Assembly (NCBI GenBank): GCA_050633305.1 | Contig: JBOEGF010000001.1 | Span: 32,001 to 96,000, forward strand | Length of the DNA stretch: 64,000 bases | DNA from: Nannocystales bacterium | Lineage (GTDB): Bacteria > Myxococcota_A > Polyangia > Nannocystales > Nannocystaceae | Direction: 5' to 3' | Notes under the pieces: model-generated | The model's database searches: none | What the model saw: only the letters and a program-made list of their open reading frames with translations | What the model was told of the DNA's origin: nothing | Translations under genes and position numbers: made by a program | In this document: positions 49,319-63,893 of the stretch, piece after piece | Layout of the letters: each line of letters begins with the position of its first letter | How positions within the stretch are numbered: position 1 is the first letter of the stretch

Positions 49319-50788
49319 CTATTGCAGAACCTTGAACTCGATCCGGCGGTTCTTGCTCCGGCCCTTCGAGGTCTTGTTGCTCTCGCGTGGAGTGGTCTCA
49401 CCCGCGCCGCGCGTCTCGAGCCGGTCGGAGCCGATGCCATGGTCGATGAAGTACTGCTTCACCGATTCTGCGCGGCGCTGCGACAGCTCCTGGTTGGACT
49501 CTTCGCTGCCGCGGTCGTCGGTGTGGCCGCTGACTTCCATGCGAACGTGGGGGAACTTCTTGAGCACCTCGACCGCGTTGTCGAGCTTGGGCAGGGAACG
49601 CTTCTTGATGGTCGCCTTGCCCGTGTCGAAGTAGATGCCTTCGATGACGCCGGTGAACTTCGCCAGCTCCTTGGGAATCTCGTCGACGCATCCGTCGTCG
49701 TCCTCGAAGCCGTTGATGTTCTCCGGGACGTCGATGCACTTGTCATCGGGGTCGAGGATGCCGTCGCCGTCGGTGTCTGGGATTGGGCAGCCTTTGTAGG
49801 CATCGACGCCGGCGACATCGACACATTCGTCGTCAGGGTCGAGGATGCCGTCGCCGTCGGTGTCGGGGACCGGGCAGCCTTCAAACTCGGTCACACCTGG
49901 CTCTTCGACGCACTTGTCGTCGGGGTCGAGGATGCCGTCGCCGTCGGTGTCGGGGATCGGACAGCCTTCGTACTCGGTCACGCCGGGCACGTCGACGCAC
50001 TTGTCGTCAGGGTCGAGGATGCCGTCGCCGTCGGTGTCCAGAATCGGCGCCGGGGCGGGTTCGGCCTTCTTGCGACCCAGGGCCAACGAAACTCCGAACA
50101 GAATGTCGACGCTGTGTACGACGCCGGACTGAAGCCCACGGCGTGCGGTGATGTTGTCACGTGCCTCCAGGCGCAGTGTGGTCTGTCGGTCGAGGAAGAA
50201 CTTGAGGCCGCCGCCGAAGTGCGCGGCAGCATCGAGGTCGGTGCCGACCGCGGAACGGCGGCTGGCGACGCCCAGCCCGCCCGCACCTGCGAGAAGGAAC
50301 GGGGTGATGCTGCGGGGGATCAGGTTGGCGACGAGGTGCCCGCGAAGTGCGAACAGCGTGGCCTGCTGCCCATCCGGCACCTCGTTGGGCATCACGGCAC
50401 CCTCGAACTCGAGTCCGAGGAAGCGGCTGGGGTAGTACGCCAGACGGCCACCGACCTCGGCCGAGACATCCTTGAACGGTTTGTAGCCCTGGTCGTCGAC
50501 GGTGGGGTCGAGCGTGGCTTGAAACAACTCCAGCCGAGGGTGGGGCAGGAAGACGCCCCCGAACACGCCGACCTCCACCATGTTCCGTTCCGGCCCCCAG
50601 CGGCGGATCCAGGGCAGCTCACCACGGTCCTTCGGAGGCTCAGCCTCAGGGGCCGCGGCCGCGCCTGCTGCGTCCGCTCCGTCCAGGCTGACCGACGCAT
50701 CGGCATCGGCATCGGGAGCGGCAAGCGCGTGAGCGGGAACGAGAGCGAATCCGAGGGAGGGGAGAATAGCGAGCAGGCGCATCGTCAT
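49319..50788 (-). CDS. OmpA-family protein: beta-barrel, TSP3 Ca-binding repeats, OmpA C-terminal domain
   Basis: DTDGDGILDPDDKC-type unit x4; IYFDTGK, GHTDDRG, LSQRRAESV, NRRIEF. Confidence 0.92.
   Translation of the reverse strand: MTMRLLAILPSLGFALVPAHALAAPDADADASVSLDGADAAGAAAAPEAEPPKDRGELPWIRRWGPERNMVEVGVFGGVFLPHPRLELFQATLDPTVDDQGYKPFKDVSAEVGGRLAYYPSRFLGLEFEGAVMPNEVPDGQQATLFALRGHLVANLIPRSITPFLLAGAGGLGVASRRSAVGTDLDAAAHFGGGLKFFLDRQTTLRLEARDNITARRGLQSGVVHSVDILFGVSLALGRKKAEPAPAPILDTDGDGILDPDDKCVDVPGVTEYEGCPIPDTDGDGILDPDDKCVEEPGVTEFEGCPVPDTDGDGILDPDDECVDVAGVDAYKGCPIPDTDGDGILDPDDKCIDVPENINGFEDDDGCVDEIPKELAKFTGVIEGIYFDTGKATIKKRSLPKLDNAVEVLKKFPHVRMEVSGHTDDRGSEESNQELSQRRAESVKQYFIDHGIGSDRLETRGAGETTPRESNKTSKGRSKNRRIEFKVLQ
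49740..50040. repeat. 87-bp coding tandem repeat (TSP3 units)
   Basis: GTCGAGGATGCCGTCGCCGTCGGTGTC at 49751, 49838, 49925 and 50012. Confidence 0.9.
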
Positions 50789-50965
50789 GGTCCGTTGGCG
50801 GGTTGCAGTCCCGGCCTCGGAGTAACGCAAAGCAGGAATCGAACCAAGTTTCCGCGGCGGCCTAACTGCATGAAATGACCGGACCCCGGGGCTGTTCGCG
50901 GCACCTAGGACCGGGTCGGGGGGCCCGCGAGGACGGTGCACACGTCCAAGGAGGCCCCAGGAGGG

Positions 50966-51877
50966 TCAATCTGCCCCGGGCGTGATGGGGGCGGGGTCGG
51001 AGTCGGTCGATCTCGTGCGGTCGAGGAAGCGATCGATCGACGCCGCGATGAGGTCCGCGTGCCCGAACAGGCTTCCGTGGGTGCCCTCGCGGAGCACGAC
51101 AAGCTCGGCCTGAGGTGCGTGCGCCTTCATCGGCCGTCCGACGGTGGATGCGGGCGCAAAGCTGTCCCGCTCTCCTGTGATGATGAGCAGAGGGGGTTGG
51201 AGGTTTGCGAGGCGCGGCCGAAGGTCGAGGGCGCCAGCGCTGAGGAGCATTTCGCGGACGGTGGGGGCGTCCACCCGGCTGAGGTGCGTGGTGACCTTGT
51301 GCAGGTCGGCGCGGGATGTCTCCGGGCCGAATAGACCCATCAACCGGCCCGTGGCGTACGTCGCGGGCGAGCGTGCCGCCAGGTTGAGCGCGCCGTGGAG
51401 CAGGTGCACGGATCGGCCTGGCAAGCGTTCCAGCAACGCGGCTGCCGTTCTGCCGCCGACCCCCCACAGGGCGGTGTCGAACAAGCCTCCGGCCGGGCCC
51501 AGCAGACTCACCACGGCGTCGAAGCGTTGTGGGGACTCGAGCCCCGCGAGCAGGGCGACCTGCGAGCCCATGGAAAAGCCCACGACGCTCGCCCGCTCGA
51601 CCTCCAGAGTGTCGAGCAAGTCCACACAAACGTCGGCCAGCGCAGGCAGGTGCGCGGAGGGGGGGCTGCCCGCGGGACTCGAGGTGCCGTGCCCGGGGTA
51701 GTCCCACTGAATCAGCCGTCGGTCGGGCCAGCGCTGCACGGCGCCGTCCCAAAAGTCGTGCGTCGTCGTGACGCCGTTGCACAGCAGCATCCACGGGCCA
51801 CGCTCTCCGAGCACTCGGAAGTTGATCCGCGTGCCGTCATTGCGCTGAAGCTGTCCTTCGCGAGTCGCTGTCGCCAC
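50966..51877 (-). CDS. alpha/beta hydrolase
   Basis: WDYPGHG, GFSMG nucleophile elbow, GERD, THG. Confidence 0.88.
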   Translation of the reverse strand: MATATREGQLQRNDGTRINFRVLGERGPWMLLCNGVTTTHDFWDGAVQRWPDRRLIQWDYPGHGTSSPAGSPPSAHLPALADVCVDLLDTLEVERASVVGFSMGSQVALLAGLESPQRFDAVVSLLGPAGGLFDTALWGVGGRTAAALLERLPGRSVHLLHGALNLAARSPATYATGRLMGLFGPETSRADLHKVTTHLSRVDAPTVREMLLSAGALDLRPRLANLQPPLLIITGERDSFAPASTVGRPMKAHAPQAELVVLREGTHGSLFGHADLIAASIDRFLDRTRSTDSDPAPITPGAD

Positions 51878-51891
51878 CGTCCACGAGGCTA

Positions 51892-52509
51892 TCAGTCGAT
51901 GCGCTCCACCCGGGCCCGGCCCCTCGTGGCATCCCGAATGTTGACTCGAAGCGCTTCCTCGCGATCGACTGCCACCTCAACGTGGCGGCGCACGTCGCTG
52001 CCGTACTCGGCCGACAGTTCGGTCGCACCGCCCTCGGTCAGGGCCCGCTCCACGTCGCCGGCCTCCGCATACCCGTGCACGACACGCAGGACGAGTTTGG
52101 GGACGTAGGGCTCGGTCAGCCCTGCGTCGAGGGCGGCAGCCGCGGCCGACCCGTAGGCGCGCACCAACCCACCAACGCCGAGCTTCGTGCCGCCGTAGTA
52201 GCGGGTCACGATCACCGCGACGTTGAGCAAGTTGCGACCTTGGAGCTGGGCGAGGATCGGTCGGCCGGCGGAACCCCCGGGTTCCCCATCGTCGTTGGCG
52301 CGCTCGAGGCTTGGAGTGGCAAGGCGCCAGGCCGAACAGTGGTGCGTTGCATCGGGCATCTCGGCCCGGAGTTCACCGAGCGCTGCTTTGGCCCCTTGCT
52401 CGTCTGTGATCGGAATGGCGGTCGCGATGAAGCGGGAGCCCTTGGTGGGCTCGGGTTCGACCCGGATGCGCTGGAGGAGCTGCATCGGGCATTGTTCGTC
52501 CTGCGCCAC
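51892..52509 (-). CDS. YigZ/IMPACT family protein
   Basis: KGSRFIA, ATHHCSAW, DDGEPGGSAGRP, RYYGGTKLGVGGLVRAY. Confidence 0.93.
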   Translation of the reverse strand: MAQDEQCPMQLLQRIRVEPEPTKGSRFIATAIPITDEQGAKAALGELRAEMPDATHHCSAWRLATPSLERANDDGEPGGSAGRPILAQLQGRNLLNVAVIVTRYYGGTKLGVGGLVRAYGSAAAAALDAGLTEPYVPKLVLRVVHGYAEAGDVERALTEGGATELSAEYGSDVRRHVEVAVDREEALRVNIRDATRGRARVERID

Positions 52510-52528
52510 GCTTGCGGACGATACGACG

Positions 52529-52993
52529 TCACCCGCCGCTGAGGGATGCGCAGCCGCTGCCGATCTCGATCTTCCTCGTTCCGTCTGCGACGGTGAAGCT
52601 CGAGACTCCGTTTTGACTGTCGTCGACGATCCAGAACATGTCTCCGGGCATGAAGCTATGGCTGGTCGACGTGTTGCTGGACAGGCTCGAGTAGGTGCCG
52701 CTGCCGAACTTGGGCTTGTCCCCGAAGAAGATCTTCACGGTCTCCGAGCAGGTGTTGCGCAGGGTGACGCTGACCGGTTTGGGAGGAGCGGGTGCCGACT
52801 CGGCGGGGTCTGGGGTGCTCGGGGCCGAGGCGAACTCGGTCTGCGGGGCGGGTGCCTCGCCTGCGCTCGGGGCTGGTGCAGAGCCTGCGGGTGCCGCGCT
52901 ACTGGTCATGCTGGACCACAGCGAGCACGCTCCGACGCTCGGGACGAGGGCGACAAGGGCGAGCATGCGGACGGACGCGAGCCGGACGGTCAT
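52529..52993 (-). CDS. small hypothetical lipoprotein
   Basis: Lipobox VGAC, Pro/Ala linker, small beta-rich domain. Confidence 0.65.
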   Translation of the reverse strand: MTVRLASVRMLALVALVPSVGACSLWSSMTSSAAPAGSAPAPSAGEAPAPQTEFASAPSTPDPAESAPAPPKPVSVTLRNTCSETVKIFFGDKPKFGSGTYSSLSSNTSTSHSFMPGDMFWIVDDSQNGVSSFTVADGTRKIEIGSGCASLSGG

Positions 52994-53144
52994 GGTCGTC
53001 GGTAGAGCAACGCTCGTGCCATCTCGAGAACATCCTGGTGTTGGGTCGCTTGGCCGCGCCGGGGGTGCCAATCTGGGAAGACGGCTCCGGTTTGCGGGCA
53101 CAATTGGGGTGGCGGCGGCCGCTGCTGCGGGTAGGCTCGCTCCC

Positions 53145-53525
53145 ATGGCCGAAGCCAAAGGCTACGACGACCTGATCACCGAGGAGCAGGTGGAGCAGAT
53201 CATGAGCGAGGAGGGCGGCGCCGTGGTGCTCGACTTCTGGTCTCAGACCTGCGGCCCCTGCCTCGCCATGGCAGACGACTTCGCTCATGTCTCGCAGCAG
53301 TTCGAGGAAGGGGAAGTCCGCTTCTGCAAAGTGGACGTGACCGAGTACGGCAACCTCGCCGTCCCATTCAAAGTGCGCTCCGTTCCGACGATCCTCTTCG
53401 TCAACAACGGAAAGATCCTCGATGCAGTCGTGGGCAAGTTGAGCGCGGAGCAGCTGGGGGCGAAGGCGGAGTGGTTGTTGGGCAAGTCCCAACGTAAAGG
53501 CTTGCTCTCGAAGATCTTCGGCTAG
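53145..53525 (+). CDS. thioredoxin
   Basis: VLDFWSQTCGPC, KVDV, VRSVPT (cis-Pro loop). Confidence 0.88.
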   Translation: MAEAKGYDDLITEEQVEQIMSEEGGAVVLDFWSQTCGPCLAMADDFAHVSQQFEEGEVRFCKVDVTEYGNLAVPFKVRSVPTILFVNNGKILDAVVGKLSAEQLGAKAEWLLGKSQRKGLLSKIFG

Positions 53526-53585
53526 GCCGCCGAGGGCTGCACGGATGCTGGCGGGTCGACGCCCAGTGGCTGGTACCGTGCTCGC

Positions 53586-54482
53586 GTGAGCAAGCCGTTC
53601 TCCACCCCGTTGTCGCGCAAGCTCGGACTCACCTATCCGCTGGTCGCCGCACCGATGTTCATCATCTCCAACAAGGAGATGATCGTCGCAGCTGCGGAGG
53701 CGGGGATCCTCGGCACGATGCCGAGCCTCAACGCCCGGACTCCCGAGGCGTTCGAGGCCGATCTCAAGTGGATCCGGAGCAAGACGGACAAGTCGTTCGG
53801 CATCAACGTCACGATTGGATTGACCGACCCCGAGCGACTGCAGCAGGACGTGGAGCTGTGCTTTGAGTACGAGGTCCCGGTTCTACTCACCAGCTACGGC
53901 AACCCCACCGAGATTGTCAAACAAGCCCACGCACGCGGCGTGACGGTCTTTCACGACGTCATCGGGCTTCGACACGCTCAGAAAGCGGAGCAGGCGGGTG
54001 TGGACGGCATCATCGCGGTCAGCCAAGGCGCAGGCGGTCACGCGGGCCAGGTGAACCCATACGTCCTGATCCCCTACCTGCGGCGCAGCGTCGACGTCCC
54101 GATCATCTCGGCGGGCTGCATCAGTGGCGGAGACCAAGTCGCGGCAGCGCTCGCGTTGGGTGCAGAGCTGGCGTACATGGGGACGCGTTTCATCGCGTCG
54201 GCGGAGTGCGGTGCACCGCAGGCCTACAAGGACATGGTCGTCGACGCGACACACAACGACGTCGTCTACACGGACCAGGTGTCAGGGGTTCATGCCAACT
54301 TCCTCAAGCAAACGTTGCCCGAGGACGGGACACCGACCCGGGGGCCCGACGCCGCTAAACGCTGGAAGGACATCTGGAGCGCCGGGCAGGGCGTGTCGTT
54401 GATTCAGGAGGTCGCGCCGATCGAGGACATCGTGCAGGCGATCGTCCGCGAGTATCACGACGCGATCGGCCGGCTGCAGTAG
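53586..54482 (+). CDS. nitronate monooxygenase / FabK-like flavin oxidoreductase
   Basis: APMF, GAGGHAG, SAGCI, YMGTRFIAS, WSAGQG. Confidence 0.88.
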   Translation: MSKPFSTPLSRKLGLTYPLVAAPMFIISNKEMIVAAAEAGILGTMPSLNARTPEAFEADLKWIRSKTDKSFGINVTIGLTDPERLQQDVELCFEYEVPVLLTSYGNPTEIVKQAHARGVTVFHDVIGLRHAQKAEQAGVDGIIAVSQGAGGHAGQVNPYVLIPYLRRSVDVPIISAGCISGGDQVAAALALGAELAYMGTRFIASAECGAPQAYKDMVVDATHNDVVYTDQVSGVHANFLKQTLPEDGTPTRGPDAAKRWKDIWSAGQGVSLIQEVAPIEDIVQAIVREYHDAIGRLQ

Positions 54483-54515
54483 CGCTCGCCCGTCTTCGGC
54501 CTCGAAGGACGCCCC

Positions 54516-55103
54516 TTAGTGGGTGACGACCGAGCCGCGGTGTTGCGCACCCTCGGCGTCGAGGCAGGTCACGTCGATTCGCTTGAGTCCGGTGGGGATG
54601 CCGAGGACCTTCTTGGCCACCAATCGGGATCCGGTCAGCTCGCACCCGTCAATGACGCCCTCCTTGGTCTTGACCGAAGCGGTCGCCCGGGTTTGGCCGT
54701 CTTCGAGATCGACCGCGAAGACGTACGCCTTCTTGCGCCCCTGCTTGATCCGAATGTCCCAACCCGCGTCGCGCTCTTTGTAGTCGATGTCGATGTGGCG
54801 TCGGACGCCCTTGCCGAACGGACTGCGGGCGTTGGCGTCGGAGGTGTCGAGCCACCACATGCGCACGGCAGCGAGGGAATCTGGCTCGCCCTCGGAGACC
54901 CAGGCATCGATCGCGATCTCGTACTTGTCGTTGGGGTGGAAGTCTTGGTCGATCCGTAGCACCGAGTGGTGCGCGAAACCGGCCGGAGCGAGATCGGCAG
55001 CCGCCATCCGGTGGTAGGGGACCACGCCGGAGGCGTTCACCACAGCGGGAGCGGCAGCAAGGACGAGAGCGGAGAGAGCGAGGAGCGTCTTTCGGGTGGT
55101 CAT
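54516..55103 (-). CDS. hypothetical secreted protein
   Basis: Signal peptide MTTRKTLLALSALVLAAAPAVVNA; GC3-biased coding. Confidence 0.6.
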   Translation of the reverse strand: MTTRKTLLALSALVLAAAPAVVNASGVVPYHRMAAADLAPAGFAHHSVLRIDQDFHPNDKYEIAIDAWVSEGEPDSLAAVRMWWLDTSDANARSPFGKGVRRHIDIDYKERDAGWDIRIKQGRKKAYVFAVDLEDGQTRATASVKTKEGVIDGCELTGSRLVAKKVLGIPTGLKRIDVTCLDAEGAQHRGSVVTH

Positions 55104-55333
55104 GGTCGTAGCGCCTTCTGCCAGGTGGGAGTGCAGTTCGCGTTCCAATCGATCGCGCGGAAGCTTGGACGTTGCCGAACGCCCAAGTACGCATCGCCCG
55201 GGCACCTACTCAGACGAGCTTGACCCCTGTGGTGTTGCAAGTCGCCATCATCAGGCTGTGGCAATGTCCCCACAGCTCTGGCGCAAAACGACGCTGAACC
55301 CTCGTGAGATGCGCAGGATTCGCAGAACCTGGC

Positions 55334-59881
<4,548 letters not shown>

Positions 59882-59962
59882 GAGGCGGATGATACGTCAG
59901 CGGTCCGCGTCACGCCTCGCTGTGACGCGGAGTCCGTGTGACGAAACCGCATCCGCGGGGCG

Positions 59963-60751
59963 TCAGCGCTGTCGGCCCTGTCGGTAGCTCTCGAGCATGA
60001 GCAGCCCGAAGAAGGGAAGGTCGTCGCGGAGGTAACGGGCTGTCAGCCGTTTGGGCTCCTGGGCCATGCGGTGGAGCCACTCGAGCCCCGTCTGCTGCAT
60101 CCAGCCCGGCGCACGCGGCGTTTCGTTGCACAGGAAGCTAAACGTGATCCCGATGCCGATGAACCAGGCCTTGGGGTAACGGGCACGCAGGGCCGCGATG
60201 GCGTGCTCCTGCTTGGGAGATCCGAAGCCGACCAGAATGATGTCGGGTTCTGCGCTGGCCTGGTCGATCTGCTCGGCGATCGCGTCTGTCTCCGCCGGGG
60301 TGATCGGGGAGGAGATGAACGGCGCCTGCGTCCCGACGATTCGAAGTCCGGGCATGTCGCGCTCGGTCGCCTCGCGGGCCCGCTGTGCGACATCGCCTTT
60401 GCCTCCCAACAGGTAGACCGTTCGTCCGGTCTGAGCTGCCCGCTGAAGCAGGTCCACCGTCATGCTCGAGCCCGCGACCCGCTCCGGCAGCGGTTCGTGC
60501 CGGAGCTGGCTGGCCCAGACCAAGGGCATGCCGTCGGCCACGATGAGGTCCGCCTGGTCGTAGAGATCCCGCGAGGCCGGGTCCAGAACGTAGCGACGCA
60601 AGATGTCGAGATTGGCGGTCACGATCCAACCACCGCGGCCAGCATCGAGCTCGCCGAAGAGGTGGTCGAGAAGACCCTCGGTGTCGATGTCGGCGATCGG
60701 CATGCCGAACATGTCGAGCAAGCGCGGGGACTCGGCGGACGGGGCACTCAC
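59963..60751 (-). CDS. WecB/TagA/CpsF family glycosyltransferase (GT26)
   Basis: TANLD, ADGMPLVW, ERVAGS, VGFGSPKQE, RAPGWMQ..GLEWLHR..EPKRL. Confidence 0.93.
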   Translation of the reverse strand: MSAPSAESPRLLDMFGMPIADIDTEGLLDHLFGELDAGRGGWIVTANLDILRRYVLDPASRDLYDQADLIVADGMPLVWASQLRHEPLPERVAGSSMTVDLLQRAAQTGRTVYLLGGKGDVAQRAREATERDMPGLRIVGTQAPFISSPITPAETDAIAEQIDQASAEPDIILVGFGSPKQEHAIAALRARYPKAWFIGIGITFSFLCNETPRAPGWMQQTGLEWLHRMAQEPKRLTARYLRDDLPFFGLLMLESYRQGRQR

Positions 60752-60837
60752 AGGCGGTCAGTGTCGACGCCCGCGGCTCGCTGCGCAAGCCTCGAGCGGG
60801 TGTCTGTGCTCGGGGTCGGAGTGTGGCAGTGTGAGGC

Positions 60838-61224
60838 ATGGAACTCGGGGCGTTTTCTGTCAGCCTGACTGTCCAAGACCTCGACGTGTCGAAGGCGTTC
60901 TACGAAAAACTGGGGTTCGAGGTGACCGGGGGGAACGCAGAGCAGGGGTGGCTGATCCTGCTCAACGGCACGACGACGATCGGGCTGTTTCACGGGATGT
61001 TCGACCGCAACCTGCTGACCTTCAACCCCGGCTGGAACAAGGACAAGACGCCCAAGGACGCCTTTGAAGATGTGCGAGCGCTGCACGCCTCACTGAAGGC
61101 GGCCGGGCTGGAGGTCTCTGCGGAGGCGGGGTTGGACGGAACCGGGCCGGGGAGCTTCATGGTGGTCGATCCCGACGGCAACCCTGTGCTGATCGACCAG
61201 CACGTCCCGAAGCCCGGCCAGTAG
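60838..61224 (+). CDS. VOC / glyoxalase family protein
   Basis: SLTVQDLDVSKAFYEKLGF ... DPDGNPVLIDQH. Confidence 0.88.
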   Translation: MELGAFSVSLTVQDLDVSKAFYEKLGFEVTGGNAEQGWLILLNGTTTIGLFHGMFDRNLLTFNPGWNKDKTPKDAFEDVRALHASLKAAGLEVSAEAGLDGTGPGSFMVVDPDGNPVLIDQHVPKPGQ

Positions 61225-61383
61225 CCACCGCTCCGCAGGGCCGGTCGTGTCGGTGCTTTCGCCGTGCAGGTTCCGGGGCCTGTGTCGTGGCGATGGAACC
61301 ATATCGAGCCGCGGCGCCGGAGCGGGGTTCAGCATCGGGAAGGCATCCACGTGGGGCTGGATTAGAGAGTACCTGAGCCCGTC

Positions 61384-62265
61384 ATGCGCCTGGTCACCAA
61401 CCCAGGGACGAATCTGTCTCCGAATGTCGTCGCCGAGCACGGCATCGCGGTCTTGCCGCAACACATCATCGTGGACGACGTGCACCACGACACGCGGGCC
61501 GGGGTCGATCTCGCGACGATCGATGCGTGGGTCAGAGACGCGAGGGTCCACCCCTATGTTCTGGGGACCTCGGCCGCACAGACCGCGGGGCATCTGAGTC
61601 GGCTGGGCGCGGAGGATCCCGAGTTGCTCGTGGTCACGGCGTCGCGAACCCTGATCCAGTCGTACGCCGGGTGCGTCTCCGCGGCGAAGACCCTGCAGCG
61701 GTACCCCAAGTGGGCACACCTCAAGATCCGGGCGGTCGACAGCGGTTCGGCGGACGTTGCGACGGGGATGGCGACCCTCTACGCCGCCCGGGCGAGCGCG
61801 GCTGGATTCGGCCTCGAGCAGGTCGCGTTGATGACCGAGAAGTTTGCCGCCGCGACGCAGGCGGCGTTCGTGGTCCAAGAGCTCGACTACTTGGTCAAGG
61901 GAGGCCGGGCGAGCTTCTTGAAAGCCTGGACGGCGAAGTTCTTGGGCATCCGTCCGATCCTCGGCCTGTCCGAAGGCGTCATCGCACCCGTCGGTCGGTT
62001 TCGCGCTTCGTCCGACCCCACCGAGGCCCTCTTCAATTGGACGCTCAAGTCGCTCGGTGCGTCCGCGGGCCATCGTCTGTCCATCGGGGTTTCCCACGGC
62101 GGGTGCCCTGAACTCGCCGTGAGTCTCGCCGATAAACTCGGGCGGGAGCTCAATGTCCGCGAGCGGCTCGTTCGGCCCCTGGCCGCCGGTGTGTACCTGC
62201 ATGGCGGACCCGGATGCATCATCGTGGCATTCACGGACTTGAACCAACTCGACTGGGTTCCCTGA
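61384..62265 (+). CDS. DegV family fatty-acid-binding protein
   Basis: VDSGS, LDYLVKGGR, LGIRPIL, HGGPG. Confidence 0.8.
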   Translation: MRLVTNPGTNLSPNVVAEHGIAVLPQHIIVDDVHHDTRAGVDLATIDAWVRDARVHPYVLGTSAAQTAGHLSRLGAEDPELLVVTASRTLIQSYAGCVSAAKTLQRYPKWAHLKIRAVDSGSADVATGMATLYAARASAAGFGLEQVALMTEKFAAATQAAFVVQELDYLVKGGRASFLKAWTAKFLGIRPILGLSEGVIAPVGRFRASSDPTEALFNWTLKSLGASAGHRLSIGVSHGGCPELAVSLADKLGRELNVRERLVRPLAAGVYLHGGPGCIIVAFTDLNQLDWVP

Positions 62266-62291
62266 GTCGAGCCCGTGTTGTCTGCCGCGTG

Positions 62292-63194
62292 CTACTGCGC
62301 ATTCACGAAGCGCTCGACGACGAGGTCGATGAACGCACGTGCCGATGCCTTCATCAGCTGCCGCTGCGGGTAGACCACGCTCAACTGAGAGTTCCCTCCG
62401 AGCGTTCGGGGGAGGACATGGATCAGCTCGCCACTGCCTAGCGCTGCCTCGCAGACGAAGCGTGGCAAGAGCGCGACGCCGAGTCCGAGGCGGGCGGCCC
62501 GAAAACGTAGCGAGTGTTCGTTGGCCGCCAACCCGCCGTGAACCCTGACCTTCCCCCCGTCGCGCAGGGGCCAGTGGGTCTCGGGGCGAAGCCCTCGCTC
62601 GAAGCCCACGAGACACCGGTGCTTGGTCAGATCGGCGAGACGGCGAAGCCGGCCTGACCTCTCCAGGTATGCCGGCGAGGCCACCGCGACTTGCTCCGTT
62701 GTCCTGAGTCGACGCATGGTCAGACCGAGATCGAGCGCCGCTCCGGCCCTGAGCGCCACATCGATGTTGCGCGCAAGCATGTCCTCGTGGGCAAGGGAGG
62801 TGATGACCTCGAGTTCGACTTCTGGGTATCTCTGCATGAACTCGATGAGGATGTCACCGAACACGGTCTCTCGGCTCAGTCCTTGAACCGGGGGGGTCGA
62901 GACTCGGAGCAGCCCGCGTGGCCGATCGTCGGCCCGCCGCACCACGCCGGCAGCTGCCTTGGCGGCCTCCCACGCCGACCGAGCGTGAGGGAAGAACGCC
63001 TCTCCGGCGTCCGTCAGGTGCAGGCGCCGCGTGGTCCGTTGAACCAGCCGAATTTCGAGTTTGTCCTCCAAACGCTGGAGCCGCCCGCTGATCGTGGCCC
63101 GCGGCAAACCCAGCTCACGCGCTGCGCCGCTGACCGACCCGGTGATGACGACCTGTACAAAGGCCGCCAACTCGCTGGTTTCAGGGGTCTCCAA
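62292..63194 (-). CDS. LysR family transcriptional regulator
   Basis: GSVSGAARELG..TISGRLQRLEDKL..RTTRRLHLTDAG; GAGGAG upstream. Confidence 0.93.
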   Translation of the reverse strand: METPETSELAAFVQVVITGSVSGAARELGLPRATISGRLQRLEDKLEIRLVQRTTRRLHLTDAGEAFFPHARSAWEAAKAAAGVVRRADDRPRGLLRVSTPPVQGLSRETVFGDILIEFMQRYPEVELEVITSLAHEDMLARNIDVALRAGAALDLGLTMRRLRTTEQVAVASPAYLERSGRLRRLADLTKHRCLVGFERGLRPETHWPLRDGGKVRVHGGLAANEHSLRFRAARLGLGVALLPRFVCEAALGSGELIHVLPRTLGGNSQLSVVYPQRQLMKASARAFIDLVVERFVNAQ

Positions 63195-63305
63195 GCTCTG
63201 TTCACTCCTCGCTCAACTCACCTCGGCCTATCTGTACGTTATTCCGTCATCTGACGACGATTATCCCTCATTCCGCCATCGAGCGCCAATGCCTACATTT
63301 GCGTC

Positions 63306-63713
63306 TTGATGCACGAACGCACCGAATCCTCCGTCGTCCCGACCCGAAGAGGCAAGCTCGTCGCGTACTGGGCAACCACGGGTTTGCTCAGTCTGGCGTT
63401 GGTCGGGAGCGGGATCGCCAAGCTCACCTTGATGCCCGCACTCGTCGAGAGCATGGAACACCTCGGCTTCCCCACGCATCTGCTGAGGATGCTCGGGTTC
63501 TGGATGTTGCCCGGTGCGGCCGCACTGCTCGTTCCCCGGATGCCGCGCCTCAAAGAGTGGGCCTACGCAGGGGTGGTGTTTCAGATGACCGGGGCCGCGG
63601 CGGCACACCTCCTGGTCGGCGATACGATCGGACAGGCGTTCCCCCCGATCTTCCTGACGATGCTGGCGGTCGCGTCCTACCTGCTTCGCCCAGGTGACCG
63701 ACGCGGGGCGTGA
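63306..63713 (+). CDS. DoxX family membrane protein
   Basis: YWATTGLL, LGFP, PRLKEWAYAG; divergent from the LysR gene. Confidence 0.85.
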   Translation: MMHERTESSVVPTRRGKLVAYWATTGLLSLALVGSGIAKLTLMPALVESMEHLGFPTHLLRMLGFWMLPGAAALLVPRMPRLKEWAYAGVVFQMTGAAAAHLLVGDTIGQAFPPIFLTMLAVASYLLRPGDRRGA

Positions 63714-63893
63714 CGGTTGTGGAGACTCGATGCCGTCCTCATTCGGAACCCCGCGCACGAGTCGATTGCAGCTGCATGGAGGCGGCCGGGCGGAAATGCT
63801 CGATGCCGAGCCCGACGAGCAGGAGACACGGTTGTTCCGAGGCGGTCGAGTCGCAGCCGAAGAAGGCATACTGGAGGTCGACAAGGTCGACGG

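Noticed and set aside
49740..50040. Regularly spaced 27-bp identical repeats resembling a CRISPR array
   Set aside because: In-frame 87-bp TSP3 coding repeats in OmpA; the intervening segments resemble each other and no cas genes are present
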